DNA from: Lobosporangium transversale
Taxonomy: Eukaryota
Assembly: GCF_002105155.1 (NCBI RefSeq)
Contig: NW_019029080.1
Span: 1-38,661, forward strand
Direction of reading: 5' to 3'
DNA length: 38,661 nt
Each line of letters opens with the position of its first letter. Within the stretch, counting starts at the first letter, position 1. Positions 1 to 7,746 of this stretch are shown here, piece by piece. The translations under genes were made by a program, and so were the position numbers. The notes below the pieces were generated by a model that was not told the origin of the DNA, searched no databases, and saw nothing but the letters and a program-made list of their open reading frames with translations.

Positions 1-279
1 CACTCATACGATGAACGGAATACTCTTTTGTACCCGGCACCCTCGTCTCAGAAAAATGATACTATTATCAAAAAAATGTTCCTCCATAACATCCCTGGAC
101 GTGACAAACTTGAACAGTTTGGACGTATGATTCTACGAGATATCCATACCCTCAAACCTGCCCGTTATGAGAATACACAAACCACATGGATAATTTATAA
201 AGGCTCCAACCTGCGCAACCAGTTGAACACCTATAATAAAAAGATTCTCCAATCCGCCCCAATAAGGAGTCGATTGTAG
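1..279 (+). CDS. C-terminal fragment of PLE reverse transcriptase (runs off the left edge)
   Basis: Identical to the end of the 1081-2643 ORF. Confidence 0.9.
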   Translation, partial: HSYDERNTLLYPAPSSQKNDTIIKKMFLHNIPGRDKLEQFGRMILRDIHTLKPARYENTQTTWIIYKGSNLRNQLNTYNKKILQSAPIRSRL

Positions 280-434
280 ATGACTAGTTCAATGAGATCT
301 CTTCTGTATCTTATATTATAACTAGCCCTCATCCCCGACAAAATAGGTCCGGTTTTTTAGACTTAGTAAGTTTTCTTTAGATTTTTTAGGAGTTTTCTCA
401 GGTTCATGGTATAGGCCAGAGCTGACCCTCCTTG

Positions 435-540
435 ACCCTAACCCTAAAAATAACCCTAAAAGAAAACCCTAAAAATAACCCTAAAAAAACCCTAAAATAG
501 AACCCTAAAAATAGACCCTAAAAATAGATACCTAAAAATA
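435..540 (+). repeat. Degenerate telomere-like CCCTAA cluster in the PLE 3' region
   Basis: 8 CCCTAA plus one CCTAA; first two adjacent (ACCCTAACCCTAA), the rest separated by 5-9 nt A-rich spacers. Confidence 0.85.
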
Positions 541-874
541 AATTTTGTCACGTGACCCTAGTTAAGGAGTAGAAAGCCACAAATAACTGGTTTGCTGGCT
601 CCAAATAAACCTGTTTGCTAGGTCGACGCGTACCACGGAAATGATACATATATCCTAGGATTTTTTCGGACTTAGACCTTCCTTTTTTAGTCTAACCGTT
701 CGGATAAATTATTTGTAATCTATACTTAGATTAATTTTAGATCTTACGTCATAACTGACTCAATCTGAAACAATCTAGGAGTTTCCGGATGAGACCCGAT
801 TTGGATAATGATTCCTTTTTGGGTTACCGTTCACCCTCTCTCCCGAGAGTCCGAGAGGCGTGAAAAAAGTATAA

Positions 875-933
875 AAAGAAGACAAGGCTGAAGAGAAAAG
901 ATCGAAACAAGCACTTGTCCCGCAGTCTTCTTT
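875..933 (+). ncRNA. Type I hammerhead ribozyme (family 1)
   Basis: CUGAAGA (888-894), minimal helix II GA-aaaga-UC, GAAA (904-907), helix III ACAAG-ca-CUUGU, GUC cleavage triplet 917-919; helix I GG/CC, internal loop, then AAAGAAGAC/GUCUUCUUU. Confidence 0.88.
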
Positions 934-1080
934 CTCACTCTCAGTCACTTTTTCCACTTTTTCACAAAAAAACCCATCCTACTTATCAAAAAACCTCAGT
1001 TAATTAATAATATAACTAAAATCAGAGAAAACAATCCTCACAAAAAACTCCTTTCCAAAATCAACAAGACCATTAACTTT

Positions 1081-2643
1081 ATGCTTACCCATAAACTTAT
1101 CATTGGCCCTGCTGATAAAAACTTAGGACTCACTATTATGGACCTAGACTGGTATACATCCCAGACTACGAAACTTCTAACAGATACTTCCTGTTATGTC
1201 CCGTGCCCTTCGTTCTCCATTGACAATATGATAAACTCACTCTTTTCTATAGTCAATCTTAGTCCTCTTAGAATTAAAAATAAATTACTCTCAGAAGCTA
1301 AACTAATAAGAGATAATGTTAGAACCAATCCTAACTTCTATACTGTCCCAGTTATGTATCTTTTACCTAAAATACATAAGTCACCACCCGGTGCTAGACC
1401 TATAGTCCCCTCTTTCCCTTGGATAACACACACTATTAGTCAGTTTGTCGATAGAAACCTGCGCCCTCTACTTAATGAGTTCCCTAGAGATCTTCCCGAC
1501 ACCCCCACACTAATACGTTATCTAGAAAATTTTGACTTTGATCCTTACTGCCATTACTCATTAGCAGCTTTCGACGTCATCAACATGTATGGTAACATCG
1601 ACTTTGAAGAAGCCAGAAAAACCATACTACACTACTTCTGCAATCATTCTTACAATTATGAAATCCAAATATGTCTGAAACTCGCAGAATGGGTTAATAA
1701 GAACTGCCTTGTCTCTGACCTTACAAATAATTACAGACAAGTCAAAGGCTTAGCTATGGGAACTCCCATGGCACCCACCATAGCCCGCCTCTTTGCATGC
1801 TGCGTAGAGAAACAACAACAATTCCATGGAGTTTTTCCTGACAACCTTCCAGTTGACACTAATTCCCCAATGTTTTTCTATAAACTCGATTTCTTTGACA
1901 TCACCCTGTTCCGGTATATAGATGATGGCTTTGCCATAATCAGAACTACCAAACATGATAACCTTCCCTGGTCTAAAGAGACATTCAATCTTTTGAAACC
2001 ATACATTGACATTAAACTTCATCAGATTTATGCCTCTTGTCAAAGTCTTAATATCACTATCGACCATGGTAACAATGGTCAACAAGTAGTTATGCTCGAC
2101 CTTCTTATTTCTGTCGATAACAATACTAGTCCAACCCGATTTACTATTGCTCCTTTCGACAAACCCGTTAATAAACACCTATACACTGATCCAGATACAT
2201 ACTACCCTAGGAAATATGTTTTTAACTGGATTAATGGTGAAAACCAAAGACTAATTAGAAACTCTAGTCAGTCTTCTTTCCACACCCATGCCACAGCACA
2301 ATTTGCCCAACATCTTCTTAATAGAAACTACCCCTCACATGTAATCAACAATCAACTCAGATTACACTCATACGATGAACGGAATACTCTTTTGTACCCG
2401 GCACCCTCGTCTCAGAAAAATGATACTATTATCAAAAAAATGTTCCTCCATAACATCCCTGGACGTGACAAACTTGAACAGTTTGGACGTATGATTCTAC
2501 GAGATATCCATACCCTCAAACCTGCCCGTTATGAGAATACACAAACCACATGGATAATTTATAAAGGCTCCAACCTGCGCAACCAGTTGAACACCTATAA
2601 TAAAAAGATTCTCCAATCCGCCCCAATAAGGAGTCGATTGTAG
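1081..2643 (+). CDS. PLE reverse transcriptase without GIY-YIG endonuclease
   Basis: PADKNLG, LLPKIHK..RPIV, FDVINMY, GLAMGTPMAP, RYIDD, MLDLLI, KPVN..Y, WINGE..R..RNSS and thumb end YKGSNLRNQL, then stop. The frame is open and RT-like back to ~991, so the ATG at 1081 is probably not the native start. Confidence 0.92.
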   Translation: MLTHKLIIGPADKNLGLTIMDLDWYTSQTTKLLTDTSCYVPCPSFSIDNMINSLFSIVNLSPLRIKNKLLSEAKLIRDNVRTNPNFYTVPVMYLLPKIHKSPPGARPIVPSFPWITHTISQFVDRNLRPLLNEFPRDLPDTPTLIRYLENFDFDPYCHYSLAAFDVINMYGNIDFEEARKTILHYFCNHSYNYEIQICLKLAEWVNKNCLVSDLTNNYRQVKGLAMGTPMAPTIARLFACCVEKQQQFHGVFPDNLPVDTNSPMFFYKLDFFDITLFRYIDDGFAIIRTTKHDNLPWSKETFNLLKPYIDIKLHQIYASCQSLNITIDHGNNGQQVVMLDLLISVDNNTSPTRFTIAPFDKPVNKHLYTDPDTYYPRKYVFNWINGENQRLIRNSSQSSFHTHATAQFAQHLLNRNYPSHVINNQLRLHSYDERNTLLYPAPSSQKNDTIIKKMFLHNIPGRDKLEQFGRMILRDIHTLKPARYENTQTTWIIYKGSNLRNQLNTYNKKILQSAPIRSRL

Positions 2644-2798
2644 ATGACTAGTTCAATGAGATCTCTTCTGTATCTTATATTATAACTAGCCCTCATCCCC
2701 GACAAAATAGGTCCGGTTTTTTAGACTTAGTAAGTTTTCTTTAGATTTTTTAGGAGTTTTCTCAGGTTCATGGTATAGGCCAGAGCTGACCCTCCTTG

Positions 2799-2904
2799 AC
2801 CCTAACCCTAAAAATAACCCTAAAAGAAAACCCTAAAAATAACCCTAAAAAAACCCTAAAATAGAACCCTAAAAATAGACCCTAAAAATAGATACCTAAA
2901 AATA
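2799..2904 (+). repeat. Telomere-like CCCTAA cluster, copy 2
   Basis: Same as 435-540. Confidence 0.85.
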
Positions 2905-3238
2905 AATTTTGTCACGTGACCCTAGTTAAGGAGTAGAAAGCCACAAATAACTGGTTTGCTGGCTCCAAATAAACCTGTTTGCTAGGTCGACGCGTACCAC
3001 GGAAATGATACATATATCCTAGGATTTTTTCGGACTTAGACCTTCCTTTTTTAGTCTAACCGTTCGGATAAATTATTTGTAATCTATACTTAGATTAATT
3101 TTAGATCTTACGTCATAACTGACTCAATCTGAAACAATCTAGGAGTTTCCGGATGAGACCCGATTTGGATAATGATTCCTTTTTGGGTTACCGTTCACCC
3201 TCTCTCCCGAGAGTCCGAGAGGCGTGAAAAAAGTATAA

Positions 3239-3297
3239 AAAGAAGACAAGGCTGAAGAGAAAAGATCGAAACAAGCACTTGTCCCGCAGTCTTCTTT
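3239..3297 (+). ncRNA. Type I hammerhead ribozyme (family 1), copy 2
   Basis: Same as 875-933; predicted cleavage after 3283. Confidence 0.88.
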
Positions 3298-3460
3298 CTC
3301 ACTCTCAGTCACTTTTTCCACTTTTTCACAAAAAAACCCATCCTACTTATCAAAAAAAGTTTGTTATTTGATGGAAGCTTTTAGATTGCTGGAGGGATTT
3401 CGTGTTGCTGAGGGATAGCAATAGAAACGATTTTCACATAATAATCTTGCCAATAAAAAA

Positions 3461-3634
3461 AGGGTTGTCAAACAATAATGAGCTTGGGGTTGTCAAATTA
3501 GATATTTTACTATTTGGCAACCCGGGTTGTCACGCAAAGAAAAAAAATTGAGAAAAATAATTAAGGGGGGGGTTGTCAAATAAGAGTGACAACCCGGGTT
3601 GTCAAATAAGAGTGACAACCCGGGTTGTCAAATA
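3461..3634. repeat. Cluster of GGGTTGTCA/TGACAACCC hairpin repeats
   Basis: 26-bp self-complementary unit GGGTTGTCA-AATAAGAG-TGACAACCC at 3570-3595 and 3596-3621, a half unit at 3622, and further half-sites at ~3462, 3487, 3515 and 3523. Confidence 0.85.
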
Positions 3635-3643
3635 GATTAATTC

Positions 3644-3951
3644 TTATTTTCATACAAGTCATGTGGGCCATGTGGGTCATGTGAGCCGAAATATACATGG
3701 AAGTTCAATCTAACCTGTCTCTAAGTCCATAATCATATGGGAAAACCAGTTCTCATATGTAAAAGTCATTCAAATGAATCTCAATCCAAACCAAACTTTG
3801 GATAATGACAAAAGACACTAATATAAAGCGATCTAGGGTAGCAATTGAAGTTTCTGAAGAAATTGAGTATCCGTAGTGACATATAAACTGACTTTGGAAA
3901 CCAAGTATAGCTTGGTAGACACTTGTCTAAAAAAATGTTTCGTTGAAATTA
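3644..3951 (-). repeat. Inverted copy of the MULE-1 3' subterminal region
   Basis: Reverse complement of ~11040-11875 without the solo LTR; contains the empty site (ACTTG, 3921-3925). Confidence 0.9.
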
Positions 3952-4506
3952 TGGTGCGTGCCAAAACTGATGCAATAATTTGCATTTTTTAACATTCATT
4001 CCTCATTCTCCTTTTCCTTTCTAATGATCTTCCCTACCATCACCGCTTCTCATTCTCATTTGTCTCGCCTTCGTAGACTGTCATCGCTGTTCTCATCAAT
4101 GACGCAATTAGCGATTAATCGCCATTTGTATAGTCATGTCTCATTGCATCAGTTTTGGTAAAAAGTACATGTCAGGTTTATCCATCCCTTACTTCTTTCT
4201 TATTCTTTATTCTTTCTTTATAGCACCATCACCACTGATACACCAAGCGACACTCTACATATCTGCCATATCTTTATCATAACATGAAATCATTATCCAA
4301 ATCAACTATCCAAAATGCAACTGCTCTACTTCATCAGGGAAAGTCTTCCAGAGAAGTGTCAAAGAGTTTAGGGATATCTGTTACCTCAGCTCAAAGGATT
4401 GGGAAAAGAGGCAAAGAAAGTATTCCAGTGCTGAGAGGGGCCGACCCTGCAAAGTTACTAAGAAAACGAAACAGCTTTTATCAAGATTTTTTGACATGGG
4501 TGTATT
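3952..4506 (+). mobile_element. Tc1-like element, left end and frameshifted N-terminal transposase (ATG 4284)
   Basis: Starts after TA (3950-3951), where homology to the uninterrupted copy stops; HTH-like SSREVSKSLGISVTSAQRI, then GRP after a frameshift; cut by the LTR at 4507. Confidence 0.75.
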
Positions 4507-5029
4507 TGTCAAGGACTGACAGGACGAGTGCAAGAGAAGGTAAGTGATTTAGGAACAAGAATGAACTTAGGAGATTCAAGAATAGTTTTATTGCAGACTG
4601 AGGTTTACTATGTTACAGATCTATCATATTTATACTTGTTTGACTGAAGCGGAGACGCGCTTCAAGAACTCTAAATAAAGCTTACTCAAATATTTCCTAA
4701 GGACTTTTACCATATGCGGAACTTCAAGTGTTGAGTTAACTTAATACACAGGATCCGAGGAAGATATCTGGTGCAATCTTATTTCAAGGTTCCTTGGCAC
4801 TATAAGCCTTGGTTATTGGTTTATAGCTCTTCTAGAATCCTTGGAGCTATTCACGGAGCTAGAAAACTAGGAGACGCGACTTGGCTTGACAGGCAAACTA
4901 TGCATGGAGGAATGAGTGAAGGAAATGAGCGGAACAAATTAATCAAGCACACGTGATCTTTTTCAGATTCGAATCAGACAAAAGTCATTCATCAATTCAT
5001 GAGCTAGACATTGCTTGCTGTTCGTGACA
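4507..5029 (-). repeat. LTR B (523 bp), 3' LTR
   Basis: TGTCA...TGACA ends; TATAAAT and AATAAA on the minus strand; repeated at 11071 and 21453. Confidence 0.95.
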
Positions 5030-5039
5030 ATCCCTCCTC

Positions 5040-6980
5040 TTATGAGCGATCTCCTGATCGCGGCGAATACCCAGGTGGCCGAGGTAAGTGTGGGTAGCGT
5101 TCATGGAAGTCATGAACAAGGTCCTGACTATTCTCGAGATTCTTAGGAGGTTCTTTGGTAGGCTCATCATAACCAATCCACTTGACTAGGTAACGGAAGC
5201 GTCGATTCTTAAATTCTGATGACAAGATTTCTTCGACCTCGTATTCGTTTTCGCCATCGATCTCAACCGCAGGAGGCGGCGGAGCGACACGACCCGGGAT
5301 GGAATTAGCATGGTAGGGCTCAAGCAGAGAGACATGGAAAACAGGGTGAAGTCGTGAAAGTTCTTTTGGCAGTTTAAGTCGGAACGAACGCGTTCCAACG
5401 GCTTCAACTAACTCGAAAGGTCCAAGTCGTTTAGCGTCGAGTTTATCAGAGGGCCTGGTAGTCTTTATATTGGTTCTTGACAACCACACCATGTCACCAG
5501 GTGAGAATGATGGCTGTGGCTGAGCATGTTGGTTGTAATTACGCTCTTGCGATTCTTGGGCTTCACGAATATAAAACTGAAGGTCTTCTTGAACGTCTTT
5601 CAAAACTTGTAGACGATTTTTAGCACTAGGACTACTGGCAGCAACCCTCGGGATTACGAAACTGAATCTTGGGTGATACCCTTGATGCGCGAAGAATGGC
5701 GTCTGGTTGGTGGATGAGTGGACAGTGTTGTTGTAACAGAATTCTGCCATAGGGAGCAGACCAACCCAGTTGTCCTGCTGATAATTCAGAAAGCAACGTA
5801 GATATTGTTCCAGAGTAGCATTTGTCCTTTCGGTTTGACCATCAGTCTGTTGATGGAATGCTGTAGCAAGATTCTGAGTCACACCTAGGCCTTGAAGGAA
5901 GTCTCGAGTGAATTGTGCGGTGAACAGGGATCCACGGTCGGTGACGATATCATCCGGGAGACCATGGACAGCTACGATACGATGTAGGAACAAAGTGGCT
6001 AATCCTGCGGCGTCGATATTGTCTGTTGATGGGATAAAGTGCGCCATCTTGGTGAATCTGTCTACGACAACTAGGATAGCAGTCTTGTCCTCAGAGGGTG
6101 GTAGTTGAGTGATAAAGTCCATGGAAATGGAGGACCATGGTGTCTCGGGTACAGGCAAGGATTGCAACAAGCCATATGGCTTATGGTGAGTGGTCTTATT
6201 GCGCCGACAAATGTCACATGTAAGGATAAACTTCTTGACGAACTGACGCAACTTTGGCCAATGATAGGTGCGTGCTACAAGCTCGAAGGTCTTATGAACT
6301 CCAAAGTGACCTGTGATGATGGTGTCATGACAGTGACGAAGGATATCCAGCTTGATGCGGTCATTGGCGGGCACGACGATGCGGCCCTTATGGTATAGCA
6401 GACCATCCTCGATAGCATGCTCTGGGTAGGACTCTGGCTTCTGGTGTAGGCTGTGGAATATAGCAGCTGTTGTTTCGTCTTGAGGGTAGGATTCTTTGAT
6501 TCTTGCAGTGATGTCGTTACTGCTTGATTCTTGATGTGTGGCTACGGCTAATAGTTTTGTATCCCATGGTTCTAGTTTGGGCAGGATCGCGTCATGGACA
6601 GCGTCTTCCCCCCCTTCAGGAGGGTGCATGCGAGAGAGGGCATCAGCAGCACCATTGAGAATGCCAGGGTGATAGACCACGCGGAACTTGAACTTGGATA
6701 GACGTTCGGCGTAGCGTACTTGACGAGAACTTAGGGAACGTTTTTCAGAAAAGTACTCGAGGTTCTTATGATCAGTTAGGATGGTGGCAGGGAAGTGAGA
6801 GTACGCGAAGTAGTGGCGGAATTGTTCCAGACCCTCTACAGCGGCTAGGAGTTCAGTATCATGGACATGGTAGTTTCGCTCAGGGGGTGTCAGAGAGCGA
6901 GAATAGTAGGCAAGAGGCCGCAACACTCCTTTGTCGTCCGCCTGGCTACAGACAGCGCCCAAAGCGTGCTTAGAAGCATC
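5040..6980 (-). CDS. pol: Truncated Pol: RNase H, integrase, chromodomain
   Basis: DAS at 6980, TDHKNL, ADALSR, HD...GH...CDIC, SMDFI, TDRG, GQTER, GPF, EYEVEEIL...YLVKW.GY. Confidence 0.93.
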   Translation of the reverse strand, partial: DASKHALGAVCSQADDKGVLRPLAYYSRSLTPPERNYHVHDTELLAAVEGLEQFRHYFAYSHFPATILTDHKNLEYFSEKRSLSSRQVRYAERLSKFKFRVVYHPGILNGAADALSRMHPPEGGEDAVHDAILPKLEPWDTKLLAVATHQESSSNDITARIKESYPQDETTAAIFHSLHQKPESYPEHAIEDGLLYHKGRIVVPANDRIKLDILRHCHDTIITGHFGVHKTFELVARTYHWPKLRQFVKKFILTCDICRRNKTTHHKPYGLLQSLPVPETPWSSISMDFITQLPPSEDKTAILVVVDRFTKMAHFIPSTDNIDAAGLATLFLHRIVAVHGLPDDIVTDRGSLFTAQFTRDFLQGLGVTQNLATAFHQQTDGQTERTNATLEQYLRCFLNYQQDNWVGLLPMAEFCYNNTVHSSTNQTPFFAHQGYHPRFSFVIPRVAASSPSAKNRLQVLKDVQEDLQFYIREAQESQERNYNQHAQPQPSFSPGDMVWLSRTNIKTTRPSDKLDAKRLGPFELVEAVGTRSFRLKLPKELSRLHPVFHVSLLEPYHANSIPGRVAPPPPAVEIDGENEYEVEEILSSEFKNRRFRYLVKWIGYDEPTKEPPKNLENSQDLVHDFHERYPHLPRPPGYSPRSGDRS

Positions 6981-6984
6981 GGGC

Positions 6985-7386
6985 TTTTGATAAGTAGGAT
7001 GGGTTTTTTGTGAAAAAGTGGAAAAAGTGGCGGAGAGTGAGAAAGAAGACTGCGGGACAAGTGCTTGTTTCGATCTTTTCTCTTCAGCCTTGTCTTCTTT
7101 TTATACTTTTTTCACGCCTCTCGGACTCTCGGGAGAGAGGGTGAACGGTAACCCAAAAAGGAATCATTATCCAAATCGGGTCTCATCCGGAAACTCCTAG
7201 ATTGTTTCAGATTGAGTCAGTCATGACGTAAGATCTAAAATTAATCTAAGTATAGATTACAAATAATTTATCCGAACGGTTAGACTAAAAAAGGAAGGTC
7301 TAAGTCCGAAAAAATCCTAGGATATATGTATCATTTCCGTGGTACGCGTTGACCTAGCAAACAGGTTTATTTGGAGCCAGCAAACC
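6985..7386 (-). mobile_element. PLE family 1, copy 3 (3'-terminal ~400 bp, inverted)
   Basis: Reverse complement of ~589-991 with about 4 substitutions; same 3' end, TTATCAAAA. Confidence 0.92.
7042..7100 (-). ncRNA. Type I hammerhead ribozyme (family 1), copy 3
   Basis: Reverse complement of 875-933. Confidence 0.88.
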
Positions 7387-7746
7387 GAATTCCCTTAAAT
7401 ACTCAAGTTGCGTAGTGGTATTTTTTTGTTAGAATTTATAATGAGGTGACGTAGTAGGCTATTTGCTAAATCCACCCTTTTCTGCCAGTTGCTTCTTCCG
7501 AATCACCATCGCCATCTAATCCTGTTCCATCGCTCATTACTATTTTATTTATGTCAGGATCGCTCTCCTGCAGACTCCATTCAGGCCCTTCTCGTGTTTC
7601 TATAGTCCATCTCCTGTCCCAGGTAACCTTTTTATTTTTTTTAAAAAAAAGAAAAAAAAAAAAAACGCGTAAATTCAAATTAGCCTACTTCATTTCTAAC
7701 TCTCTGTCTTCCTTCTCTCTGAGATAGATAATATTAGCCGTCCACA

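Larger units (their letters stand above)
1..993 (+). mobile_element. Penelope-like element family 1, copy 1 (3' part: RT C-terminus and 3' pLTR region)
   Basis: 1-993 repeats at 2365-3357 (period 2364) with no difference seen by eye; ends CCATCCTACTTATC(A)6. Confidence 0.9.
994..3358 (+). mobile_element. Penelope-like element family 1, copy 2 (endonuclease-deficient, Coprina/Athena-like; probably 5'-truncated)
   Basis: RT ORF plus ~715-nt 3' region with telomere-like repeats and hammerhead; ends TTATC(A)7; no TSD seen. Confidence 0.88.
4507..6984 (-). mobile_element. Chromovirus (Ty3/gypsy) B, 3' half
   Basis: RNase H-integrase-chromodomain ORF, polypurine tract AAGAGGAGGGAT (5041-5030) and 3' LTR; 5' part replaced by a PLE fragment at 6985. 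Confidence 0.93.

Noticed and set aside
756..800. Additional hammerhead at CTGACTC...GAAAC
   Set aside because: Lacks the CUGANGA core and a convincing helix II and III.
775..957. 60-aa ORF present three times (also 3139-3321 and 7018-7200)
   Set aside because: Antisense reading of the hammerhead region with a non-ATG start; it recurs only because the repeat does.
4771..4956. 61-aa ORF present three times (also 11335 and 21731)
   Set aside because: Lies inside LTR B, GTG start, no recognisable motif.
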